Shown piece after piece: positions 31,201 to 38,333 of a stretch of DNA of 64,000 bases. Position numbers and translations under genes: made by a program. The DNA comes from a virus, in the IMG/VR virus record IMGVR_UViG_3300021171_000010, positions 9,552-73,551 of that record; one strand, written 5' to 3'. How positions within the stretch are numbered: the stretch's first letter is position 1; each line of letters starts with the position of its first letter. The notes beneath the pieces were generated by a model. It had not been told where the DNA came from. It ran no database searches and was given only the letters and a program-made list of their open reading frames with translations.

Positions 31201-33164
31201 TCGCTGCGAAGTTCACCAAGACTCCGGTAGAATATTTAGGCTCTATGGCCCAATTCTCACCATCTACCAAACCTCGTGCTATCCGAGCAGCCGCAGTGCA
31301 AGACAAAGACACTGGCCAAATTTTCGAAGGTTTTGCACATTTTGATGCTCACGGAAAAATGCTGGATGCTGGTTATAATCCTCACGACTTGTTTCAGCAC
31401 CCGCAGGGTTTTGTGACAAATGAAGGTGAATTTTTGGACCGAGAACAGGCTTTAAAAAGGGCGAGAGAATTGGACCAAATACGTCCTTCCTACGCCGAAA
31501 ATAAAACGCGAACGCGTGCTATTGCTGAGGCTATAGATATGGCCGCCAAACCCCCATCCTCAGCAGAGCCGGCCGGGCCGGCGCAATTCAAACCCGCGGG
31601 CGCTCCCAAACTGGAAGATTTCCAATCTGAAGACAAAATAGCTAAAGCGCTCGCGCGCCCGGGATGGGCATTACTCACCGCGACCGAAGAGCGAAAAGGT
31701 CCCGGCACTGCTCCGGTAAATGTGAAAGCAAACGAACGCTTATCAGACAGACTCGCTCAGCTCGGTTATGATTTCACTCCTGTAGCTGGCAGCTATAAAG
31801 GCATCGACCAAGGCCAGAATTTTCTCGTGACTGGCATTTCTCCACAGGATGCTCTCACGCTGGGGAAGGAATTCAATCAAGAATCCGTTCTTACTCCCGC
31901 CGGACTGGTGTATCAAGACGGAAGTGTGCACCCCGCCAAGCCGGAAGAGACTACCATAGGCAAAGCGGCCAAGAAAAACGATTTCTATTCCCAAGTCCAG
32001 GGCGGCCCGGCATTTTCGATGGGTATCGATTTCGAGAACAAGATTCCCGCTTCTGAAGCTCCAGTCCCCGCGGCTCGGCCAGAGCAGCAGATGATGGGCG
32101 GAGAGTTTTCGCCCACCAAAGAGCTGGCCGGCAATCAAATGTCGCCCACGGAGCTGAAGGAACATTACCCGGAAGCGATTGTAGTGCCTGATAAGGAAAA
32201 CGGCAAGCCTGTAGGCATCCCTTCGGATATCAAAGAATCTCCACTCTACAAAGAGCATGAGACTGAAGCTGAGGCAGTGGACACTTTCGCTAAACGACTC
32301 GCAGACTTTGCTCGCCAATACAAAGACAACCCAGCTTACAAAGATGGGCTGCGTTGGTATTCTGAATTCGTCCCGCTTTTGAAAAAGCATTTTGGCGAGC
32401 ATGCCCAAATAATGGCTGAGCTCCTGGCGGCCACAAGCCCGCAGAACAATCCACAGCAAAATTTTGCGATGGCGAATGATGCGCTGGAAATGTGGAAGCG
32501 CGGCAAGTTCGATAAACAGCTCGCTAAATTCGAAGAAGGTGCAAAAAAGATTGAAGATGGGACTTGGAAAGATTCCGGGGCGCCGACCGAAGCAAAATTC
32601 ATGGCTGACTGGATTGATGAGCACGATTTAAAACCGCGGCAGAGCAATGGAAAGCTTTATAACATGCACTCTGTGCCAGTGCTTCAGGTGCTCGCCCGCA
32701 AGTGGCTAGAAAACACCGGCGGCCCGAAGACTCAAAACTTCGTCAAGAATCTCTTGGGCACCGGGCATGGCGCCACTTATGATGTGTGGGCTGACCGTAC
32801 CCTTCGCAGAATCGGATATTCAGGGCATCAAGCGCGATGGCGAATCCTGCCAAAGAACGCGGTGGGGGTCTCAGATGCTGATTTTGCTTTCGGCCAGAAA
32901 GTTTTCGCCAAGGCAGCCAAGGAGCTCGGCGTGAGGCCGGATTCTCTGCAGGGCGGTCTGTGGTTCGCAGAAAAACAATTGTGGGCGGACAACGGGTGGG
33001 GTAGACTTGACTTAGGCGATTTTCGGAAAGAAATCCAGAATCGCGAGTTGCTGAACCGCGGCATTGTGCAGCGCTTGGCAGCTACGGAAGCGGCGCAGCA
33101 AGCTCCTCAGACTGCGCAGAGCGGATTTGATTTGGGAATGATTGAACCGAGACCGATTCGATGA
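25254..33164 (+). CDS. Giant polyvalent internal virion protein (zincin HExxH, histidine phosphatase, ART-like, DUF3293-like and other domains)
   Basis: Three 'PDG[ST]P' N-terminal repeats; Gly/Ala hydrophobic region; HEAVH at 27015-29; 'LIRHG' phosphatase; modular C-terminal half. Confidence 0.8.
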   Translation: MPTFTAPDGSPVTLTPEQQTQALSLASAATPEATFTRPDGTPVTLAPEQQSQALQQAQSPAPMLSRPDGTPLDVTSLHAEQLAELNKQEPGFDLPSVWNSLPAEQKTPDALARFSEASHLVHQQPFSLPTVTKMLSNLWQLAKGGGEMISNLAKGGALIVGGYPGAGTWMDPQKVKEVQQGIAEGWSGTESAVTGLANQLKETVVRHVIQPPNTLDPAVKQQNFLDEAAMADQQSQILKGRGEFMNRVGGDEISYLESQGFPVRPEHAANLAQVDPFTFYLFGKAFDALPAATKAAIPTPILDAIQKASDTATDTAKQIVGGGAAATAAVLQGVGAGVTKAAPHIGRPAAAIAGGIHAGVPGAVTGLVFGKGMTESLSEMGKKIASAAKGTAKFGEGVSSEAATGPVSQAAKDIIEAAPGALAGVAQGAALDVGLQAATAETPQQQQSFTPVGTAMGLTHGAMSAGKWMLGGQLAGERNWGATAGVPNSAAFPALNTLHNAAMSAAPPKIQERIRAIQQLKQGVNPNTDVFYIPDPVGVMAALGATPGAEQHAFQAGAANGVFLKDLPGANGQKRNAIIFQNVDAAPHEAVHAMDAALGAERVNELNQSAKSDYGDLWDQFTSHYANLLNGGQPLPEGTTPGDFLLQQSGFGPEAARNKTGGDGSDWQTALTPDEKQNAIDRYIGAEIRAENGDAYFKRTGGKAPGFTDKMANAAGELVSLLGGNPLEGRVSSGLQLPLRWDTFKQAGQTLAEARANVPPALRPVARTPLTTKTVPTTPEEIQQNADDARVIAGQQPAEKPTGAEGEQSPKEALGTVAEAIASQSPVRYQYRGAAGETPTGGALETDVSQRQAEIAKAQNVSETDRDLFERVGFPYKVEMTGKGPQVLDWAPVNLAANAFRWSKALSELAKKNPNAPELARNPFALDVAKGEFTTEGWHDLLDTAQKVSANQLAGFGGAGQKIVVPSDLGAANVYAPPRVSETAPFQVDQAKADFINMLYGERPPETPRVSRKSGVPANVVAQKISAATEPGRVVEPAKIRAKPKQAAGLGVEPGTLIERAPFKEPILGVPTIQEVNPTRGALENALQSAGVEIPKMTKVIRRLNLEHIHSVQPEPNLPRTAGANVLTTTAGFMPVTDFVDRLDKTSPDDWRNMVTNYQGRFGGGQTGLSIEVGAGAKSPEEVAALQSATERQSELMRGALKNRDFQTAAGYAIKAQAAREAHEAATGGGGMPDFLQRYHPEAGYKPPFPESTLQAAPRNEDVAKVAEDYVGRPLRPIGNLPISPDLGKRLADFAQEAQHNPDDPAVKASYGALNAQIKQQYDAIRKAGYTVEPWTGAGEPYKSSAEMSADVRDNKHLFFTPTARSFSGQENNLMLQPSGVGDLSHNDLFRAVHDFFGHAKEGLQFGPRGEYNAWREHSQMFSPEAQGALAAETLAQNAFVNFGSHLRNAEGNIPAVGEPGYVPPAQRPFAEQKNFVVPSELRKAAQFQPLPPGAGKALDWRDLGNDTLAPGLHIEAIAGKPPAVPISQLQKEGWKTMDFQDNGSFHDYDNRPVFYKDNTGKFPVTPDGVKAASEAASKAFDEAQNLAFEDRYGEGPVQYQPRPIEEARSEPKTILIRHGTTALNNTDPTKDLIRGHKNVQLSEEGRQQAAELGQQLKTSGISRIYSSDLDRTMDTAKEVAKTTGAPITPDARLRPWKLGSTIEGKPTADMLPRIKSLTESPDERPPGGETFNEFKDRFLEGYHAIQDAHPNEHTAIVTHYRGTKLMDAWRAAGVDNDEVKPDVFDAYDPHKKPGSYQVLDKQGNELPLDTARPEGAPITHLSDAELNSAPGMTREQTLAAERGGTQPAQFKPREKQEKEIELRHWSNIPGLKVLDPRFHGTGLSGEERARARDYKEIYVPRTYFGTKDYTKEPNLGPEQYRAFVQRSKLYPFQEDPKDLWPTPEEVEKAGYAPMDSRAANTLYENKIAQAGYEGYIHRDAKVAAKFTKTPVEYLGSMAQFSPSTKPRAIRAAAVQDKDTGQIFEGFAHFDAHGKMLDAGYNPHDLFQHPQGFVTNEGEFLDREQALKRARELDQIRPSYAENKTRTRAIAEAIDMAAKPPSSAEPAGPAQFKPAGAPKLEDFQSEDKIAKALARPGWALLTATEERKGPGTAPVNVKANERLSDRLAQLGYDFTPVAGSYKGIDQGQNFLVTGISPQDALTLGKEFNQESVLTPAGLVYQDGSVHPAKPEETTIGKAAKKNDFYSQVQGGPAFSMGIDFENKIPASEAPVPAARPEQQMMGGEFSPTKELAGNQMSPTELKEHYPEAIVVPDKENGKPVGIPSDIKESPLYKEHETEAEAVDTFAKRLADFARQYKDNPAYKDGLRWYSEFVPLLKKHFGEHAQIMAELLAATSPQNNPQQNFAMANDALEMWKRGKFDKQLAKFEEGAKKIEDGTWKDSGAPTEAKFMADWIDEHDLKPRQSNGKLYNMHSVPVLQVLARKWLENTGGPKTQNFVKNLLGTGHGATYDVWADRTLRRIGYSGHQARWRILPKNAVGVSDADFAFGQKVFAKAAKELGVRPDSLQGGLWFAEKQLWADNGWGRLDLGDFRKEIQNRELLNRGIVQRLAATEAAQQAPQTAQSGFDLGMIEPRPIR

Positions 33165-33334
33165 AAACTAAACTGACAGAGAAGCAAAAAACTGAACTAG
33201 CTGGGGTTGCAAAATATTCTGCCGCCTCAGCGACTGATTCACCGTTTTGGAATGATGTGCTGCAGCACCTGGAAGACAGCCACGCGAAGCGGCAAGCACA
33301 GATTGAGCCTCGCAAACTGAAAGGAAACTATTAA
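33161..33334 (+). CDS. Small hypothetical protein (57 aa, not in the ORF track)
   Basis: ATGA overlap with the giant gene; MKTKLTEKQK...LKGNY. Confidence 0.5.
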   Translation: MKTKLTEKQKTELAGVAKYSAASATDSPFWNDVLQHLEDSHAKRQAQIEPRKLKGNY

Positions 33335-33337
33335 TTT

Positions 33338-34030
33338 ATGGCAACTGATACTAGCATGATTCAACCAGCGGATGACGCTGCTCCGCCTTCTCCTCAGGTC
33401 CAGCCCGCCAATGCACCAGCACCCCCTGCCGGGCCAAAGCTTTCCGAAAAGCTGCTCAAGATGCCGGCGATGCAAGCGCTTTTCGCTGGTGCACCTCCGG
33501 CCCTGAGCGCACCCACCAAGGACTTTACTCAATCCAAGCGGGACGAGGCTAAGATAATCAAGGACAATCTCCCAGCGCTGCAGCAGGTCGGCATGGGCTT
33601 TTACAAGTCCCTGAGCGGTCATCTGGGGGTTATATACAACATGCTGCATGTGCACCTGCAGGATTTGCAGGCTGCAGATAAAGCCGGCAAGTTGACCGTC
33701 TTGGCGCCAGATTTTGATTCCATCACCCACGCAGTGTCCAAAAGTGGGGCACGTAACCCTGTCCTGGCGGTCCGGGGTGTTCCTAAAGGCTTCAAAACTC
33801 CTACTCCCCAGGCCCCGCCTCTGGCCGCCCCGGTGCCCCCAGGCGCTTCTGGACCCGCTCCCGCCCCTATGTCACCTCCTCCGGCTCCGCAAGTGCGCCC
33901 CGCCCCCGCCGGCGTTCAGCGCAAGCTAGCTAATGCGAGAGTGGCGAACCTTCAACCGGGCGCCCCGACTTCTGGGGCTTCTCCGGGTGCCGGCCGATTG
34001 CTGAACGCAATCATGAAGCCAGTCATCTAA
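33338..34030 (+). CDS. Pro/Ala-rich hypothetical late protein
   Basis: ACTATTA 4 nt before ATG; last + strand gene of the module. Confidence 0.6.
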   Translation: MATDTSMIQPADDAAPPSPQVQPANAPAPPAGPKLSEKLLKMPAMQALFAGAPPALSAPTKDFTQSKRDEAKIIKDNLPALQQVGMGFYKSLSGHLGVIYNMLHVHLQDLQAADKAGKLTVLAPDFDSITHAVSKSGARNPVLAVRGVPKGFKTPTPQAPPLAAPVPPGASGPAPAPMSPPPAPQVRPAPAGVQRKLANARVANLQPGAPTSGASPGAGRLLNAIMKPVI

Positions 34031-34366
34031 ATTCTCACTGCTGAGAAATGTGCCTTCGGCGGTCATGCCCAACTTTTGGGCGATGGCAGAAAACTCCGGT
34101 CCATGTCCTGGCACCGGGCAAGCCGCATGACAGAGCTCGTGCAATAAAAATTGAAGCATCTGGCGCCGGCCGGGGAATTTCTTACTAATGACGACCACGT
34201 TCACCGCACGGTGAAACTCCCCAAAATAGTGAACATGCTGGCAGTCTCCCAGGAACACGCGCAGCCGAGTAGGTAGCGGGTGCCCGATTCGAATGAACTC
34301 GCCGCGCATTAGCTTTACTGCGCGGCGTAGCCATTTTTCCTTGAGCGCTCGTCTAGTGAGAGGCAT
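33926..34366 (-). CDS. SprT-like zinc metalloprotease
   Basis: 'LLHELCH......HGPEF'; 3' end overlaps the convergent gene. Confidence 0.65.
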   Translation of the reverse strand: MPLTRRALKEKWLRRAVKLMRGEFIRIGHPLPTRLRVFLGDCQHVHYFGEFHRAVNVVVISKKFPGRRQMLQFLLHELCHAACPVPGHGPEFSAIAQKLGMTAEGTFLSSENLDDWLHDCVQQSAGTRRSPRSRGARLKVRHSRIS

Positions 34367-34835
34367 CTGGAAAATTTAAAGCCGCGAAATCACCAAAAAG
34401 TTTTTGTGCCGCGGCATCGTAAGCCTTGGCGGCCTCTACTTCATCATCGAAGTATCCTAAGTGTTTCTGGCAAGCATCAAGGACAATATATGCTCGCCAG
34501 CACTGGTCCCTTCGATACCAGCTCACGCCTTTGAAGCGACTGGTTCGTTTGCCTTGACGCGGTAAAATTTGATAACGCACGTTTTGAGCATTAGTGCAGA
34601 CTCGTAAATTATCAAACCAGTTGTGCAGGCCATTGCCATCCCAGTGATTCACTTTTGCGGAATCCGGCGCGTTTACTAGCCATCTATGTAAGTAAACGAG
34701 CGAACCAGCGATGCGCGCTCTGGCATAAATAGTTTTCTCTCTTCGGTCCGCATGCCACTTATGAAGATTAACACTAGCAAACACCGAATCATCCACCAAG
34801 GCAACTAATCCCTGAGAAAGGGGAACGACTTTCAC
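34353..34835 (-). CDS. HNH-AP2 homing endonuclease
   Basis: 'LSQG..ALVDD', 'LHR', 'HWDGNGL.N...NLR', 'SRFKGVSW...W.A....LGYF....AA.AYD'. Confidence 0.88.
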   Translation of the reverse strand: MKVVPLSQGLVALVDDSVFASVNLHKWHADRREKTIYARARIAGSLVYLHRWLVNAPDSAKVNHWDGNGLHNWFDNLRVCTNAQNVRYQILPRQGKRTSRFKGVSWYRRDQCWRAYIVLDACQKHLGYFDDEVEAAKAYDAAAQKLFGDFAALNFPDASH

Positions 34836-36103
34836 GGCGTGACTGAAAAGGTTCCAACGTTACCATGCTCAGGATGCCAAAGAAAAGCCTCTGCCGCCCT
34901 TAACCCGTCATAGCCCTTCATGCGGTGCCACGCGTCAGCGGGGCAAAGGCTGGGGATGATTCGGACCCGAACACCGTTCTGTTCCTCTACCGGCTGCCAG
35001 AAGATTTCCTTTTTGTGGTGCCAATGACCGAGATGAATCTCGCGGAACTTCGCAACGGCCCACAGTTCTGGCTTCTCAGTCGCCATAATGAGCGGCAAGT
35101 TTTTGTGAGGTTCATTGTGCCCATGCGTGTATCCGATTAAGCACTTGCCAAAGGCATAATATTTTCGCAAAGTCGGGGCATTGTTAACAGTCACCCCGGG
35201 AGTTTTATTGAACCAACCTTCCAGGGTATCGCCCAGATAAAAAATTCTTTCGGTATCGTGATTTCCAGACACCATCACCACATCAACTGGCGCAATCTCT
35301 CGGAGTCGAAGAATTGCGTCCACCATTAACTTACGACCCGCCACGAAGGATTTCTGATACCTAACGTCCTCATGTTGTGGCGTGCCCGCGGTAGTCGTTT
35401 GCGCCGCATTGTCAACATTAAAAAAGTCGTTGCCGACTGGAAAAACAATTCTCCCGATAGGGAAACCTTTTGCCCGGGAAATGAGCCGCTCAAGCGCGGT
35501 AGAAAAAACAGACTGTGCGATTTTTGCATCATAGTTCTCTCCGGATTCGGGAGCCCAACAGAGTTTGCCTAGGTGTAAATCAAAAATAGAAATTTCCAAT
35601 AAATGACCTTCGGTGCGCAAAGCGCAATCGCGAACGATTGCCGGACGCTTCGGCGCCTGCTGTGCGAATTGTTTCAACATTTCCTTAATCAACTCGCGGG
35701 TCTGGTTCACCACTATTCGTTTCTTCAGCCACGCTTTGACCTGAAACAGGGGCAATTTATCGGCCTCGTCGTTCTTGTCTTTGTAGCCCATCTCCCACTT
35801 GTTGACTACATAACGTTCAACTTCCCAAACGGACAAATCTACTTTAGTAAACTGCAGAAGCTGGTCAAGAGAAGTAATCTCTCGACTACAAGAGGAAGCG
35901 AAGCCGGTAGCGCCGGAATCTTCGAAAGTTGTTCCTTCTTTTGGGGTATTAGGCGCCGCCGGTAGGGGAAGATGAGCTATCTTCGCCGTCACTTGGGAGA
36001 CTCGGCGGCCGAGGGCTTCGGCGATTTCTTTTGCGGTCTTTCCCTGGGAGCGGAGTTGCGTCAGGGTTTGCGTTTCTGTTTTTGTCCAAGGGAGCTTGTT
36101 CAT
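34832..36103 (-). CDS. Calcineurin-like metallophosphoesterase with N-terminal HTH
   Basis: 'DLHLG', 'GND', 'GNHD', 'THGH', 'GHWH'; N-terminal 'GKTAKEIAEALGR'. Confidence 0.85.
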   Translation of the reverse strand: MNKLPWTKTETQTLTQLRSQGKTAKEIAEALGRRVSQVTAKIAHLPLPAAPNTPKEGTTFEDSGATGFASSCSREITSLDQLLQFTKVDLSVWEVERYVVNKWEMGYKDKNDEADKLPLFQVKAWLKKRIVVNQTRELIKEMLKQFAQQAPKRPAIVRDCALRTEGHLLEISIFDLHLGKLCWAPESGENYDAKIAQSVFSTALERLISRAKGFPIGRIVFPVGNDFFNVDNAAQTTTAGTPQHEDVRYQKSFVAGRKLMVDAILRLREIAPVDVVMVSGNHDTERIFYLGDTLEGWFNKTPGVTVNNAPTLRKYYAFGKCLIGYTHGHNEPHKNLPLIMATEKPELWAVAKFREIHLGHWHHKKEIFWQPVEEQNGVRVRIIPSLCPADAWHRMKGYDGLRAAEAFLWHPEHGNVGTFSVTP

Positions 36104-36695
36104 TTTTAGTTTCAACACCGTTTTTTTCCAACCATTCGTGAGTAAAGGGAGTCTGCCGGCCGGCAAAGGCTTCGTCAAAAGCGAACAGACATTGCTCAAC
36201 TGTAGGGCCGATGCCCACCAAGCAGGTAGGCGAATTCAAATCCCCTTTGAAAGCGGCCCAGTCGCCTGTTTTCAACCGCACCAGGGTAGGATTCAACCGA
36301 GTATGGGGCGAGGAAATTTCTAGAGAGGCTTTTTTCTGCGCTTCCAGACTTTCCAGGTTCAGCTTGATGGCTGCCTTGTAGTCGGCCTCGACCTGCTTTT
36401 GAAATTCGCTGTCCCACCGCGCGCTGTCATCCAAAATCGCATCCAGGCGTTCACACACCTTGATAAAAGTGTTCTCTGCAGCGACAAGGGCTTCCCCAGG
36501 CAACGCCTTTTCGGCGGAGGGCACGGAAGACTCATTGTATTCCATGTTCTGTGCCTTCACGTTACAGGCGGTAATCATCATGCCGATGATTTGCAAACAG
36601 GTGTTCACCTGCTGCTGAGTCGCCAACTCCCGCATCGAAAGCTGAATTTGTGGAGGATTCACGATTTGATTCTGCCTAAATGATTGATTGCCCAT
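35949..36695 (-). CDS. Hypothetical protein (C-terminal 'GIGPTVEQ..AFD' HicB-like segment)
   Basis: Long ORF in operon orientation; 3' end overlaps the next gene. Confidence 0.45.
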   Translation of the reverse strand: MGNQSFRQNQIVNPPQIQLSMRELATQQQVNTCLQIIGMMITACNVKAQNMEYNESSVPSAEKALPGEALVAAENTFIKVCERLDAILDDSARWDSEFQKQVEADYKAAIKLNLESLEAQKKASLEISSPHTRLNPTLVRLKTGDWAAFKGDLNSPTCLVGIGPTVEQCLFAFDEAFAGRQTPFTHEWLEKNGVETKNEQAPLDKNRNANPDATPLPGKDRKRNRRSPRPPSLPSDGEDSSSSPTGGA

Positions 36696-37167
36696 ACTTT
36701 AAAAAGTTTGTCCTCGCAAATTCTCCAAAAAATTTCCGAGCCGCAGCATCATATGCCTTAGCAGCCTTTTCTGCCGTGTCGAATCTTCCAAGGTATTTGA
36801 GCCGATTGTTTACTCGAATACTAGCTTGCCACATCCCATTATGCCAGCTAACGCCCTTGAAACCGGAGGTATTGTTTCGGCTCATACCCTTGTTTTGCTG
36901 ATTTTGGTGCCGAGTAACACGAAGATTATAGCGCTGATAATTTAGAGAATTTCCATCAGCATGGTCTCCTTGTGTTTTAGGATTATCAAGTCCCAAAATT
37001 AAACGATGCATCAGGATAAGCTTACGCATGCCTTTGCATCTAATACTGCGCGCGGCATAATATCCGCTATTCACTTCCATTGCATACCAATTCCATTGGC
37101 TGAGCCATTCAAAATCAGCATCATCAACTAAAGCAAATTGACCCTTTGTCAAGGGAATCTGTTTCAT
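36676..37167 (-). CDS. HNH-AP2 homing endonuclease
   Basis: 'LTKGQFALVDDAD', 'MHRLILG', 'DHADGN', 'NTSGFKGVSW', AP2 motif. Confidence 0.9.
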   Translation of the reverse strand: MKQIPLTKGQFALVDDADFEWLSQWNWYAMEVNSGYYAARSIRCKGMRKLILMHRLILGLDNPKTQGDHADGNSLNYQRYNLRVTRHQNQQNKGMSRNNTSGFKGVSWHNGMWQASIRVNNRLKYLGRFDTAEKAAKAYDAAARKFFGEFARTNFLKYGQSII

Positions 37168-37673
37168 ATTAAACGCCCCAAGTGTTGTTTACCCCAAAGC
37201 ACCAACCAAATAGCATCCACAGCATCATCACTTAAATCTTGTGCTTTAAATTCGGGATATTGTTTAAACAGAGCAGCTTTCATCATCGGCTTGTCGGCTC
37301 CTCCGTGCCCTGTCGCGAATTTTTTAAGACCCGAAGTCGAAACACATTCACATATTTTATTGGCTCTTGAAGCGACAAGCCAAACCACCGTTCGAAATGA
37401 ACTCCAAAGTTGCGCCTGAAGCCGGTATGTCGAAAACAGAACATCTTCAAATATTATCACTGAAGGGTTATACTGGACAACAACTTTATTCAGAGCATCA
37501 AAAAACCTGAACACTCGCGGGTCTCCGCGGCGGGTCTGCCGAGTTTGCCCCCATCGTTTGATTTCCTGAGCGGTGCCGAGCTTCCAATTAGTGGCCGCGA
37601 TTGCTTTGCCATCGAAAAAGGCAACGCCAGTGTCAGTTCCCAAATCAAGTCCCAGTATCGTCGGTGGTCCCAC
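37164..37673 (-). CDS. RuvC-like Holliday junction resolvase
   Basis: 'ILGLDLG..TG', 'IIFED', 'KKFATGHG.ADK', 'DDAVDA'. Confidence 0.85.
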   Translation of the reverse strand: MGPPTILGLDLGTDTGVAFFDGKAIAATNWKLGTAQEIKRWGQTRQTRRGDPRVFRFFDALNKVVVQYNPSVIIFEDVLFSTYRLQAQLWSSFRTVVWLVASRANKICECVSTSGLKKFATGHGGADKPMMKAALFKQYPEFKAQDLSDDAVDAIWLVLWGKQHLGRLI

Positions 37674-37676
37674 ATA

Positions 37677-38333
37677 CTAGAAGTCGGAATAAAGAACGTG
37701 TCTCGCGAGTAATTTATTTCTGATTTTCTTGAGTGCGCTGCCGTGAATATGCCGCACCGCCTCACAGGTCACACCCAGCTTTTTGCCAATGTCCGTAAGG
37801 GTGAAGCCGCTCTTGTAGTGCAGGTCAATCACCATCGCCTCGCGCTGCGATAAAAGCTTAAGTAGCGGAGCGACCAAGGCCCACTGTTCCCGGAGTTTGA
37901 CGGTTTTAAAATCTGGGTCTGCTATCTCACCAGTTAGGACTTCCACATCCAGAGTCTGCGTATCGGGGTCATTACTCATGCACAGCGTGTCTCTCAACTC
38001 CTCGCGCGAAACTGTGAAGCCTTTTTTAATCACTTTCTGAGTATTGAAATATTCCTTCACCGCGCCACGGAGGTGTGCCTTGCTGAAAGCAAAGAACCGC
38101 GCCCAATTCGGCTTGAACCGCCGGGCAGCATTCAGCATGGCGCCATAGCACAAACTCAAAAGTTCGGCGTCTGAAATCGCGGCCCCGCAAACCCGCTTGG
38201 AATACTTGACCGCCTCGCGCATATTGTGCAGCACTAGCTTGTTATGCGCAGTTGCGGTGCCCCGCTTCGCCAGGGCATTTTCTTGTGCAGTGGTCAGCTT
38301 CTCTTCAGGAAATCCGTCACAGATGTCGGTCAT
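37677..38333 (-). CDS. Phage-encoded sigma70-family RNA polymerase sigma factor
   Basis: Region 1.2 'LT..QE..LA', region 2 'KLVLHNMR....L..AARRF....RF..F', region 4 'LSQRE..VI.L.Y...TL.DIG..LGVT.E.VR.I...AL.K.R'; start ATG 38333 overlaps the primase stop. Confidence 0.85.
   Translation of the reverse strand: MTDICDGFPEEKLTTAQENALAKRGTATAHNKLVLHNMREAVKYSKRVCGAAISDAELLSLCYGAMLNAARRFKPNWARFFAFSKAHLRGAVKEYFNTQKVIKKGFTVSREELRDTLCMSNDPDTQTLDVEVLTGEIADPDFKTVKLREQWALVAPLLKLLSQREAMVIDLHYKSGFTLTDIGKKLGVTCEAVRHIHGSALKKIRNKLLARHVLYSDF

Noticed and set aside
7214-32624. Long antisense ORFs (7214-7942, 23931-24746, 24780-25568, 31743-32624)
   Set aside because: Shadows of well-supported + strand genes
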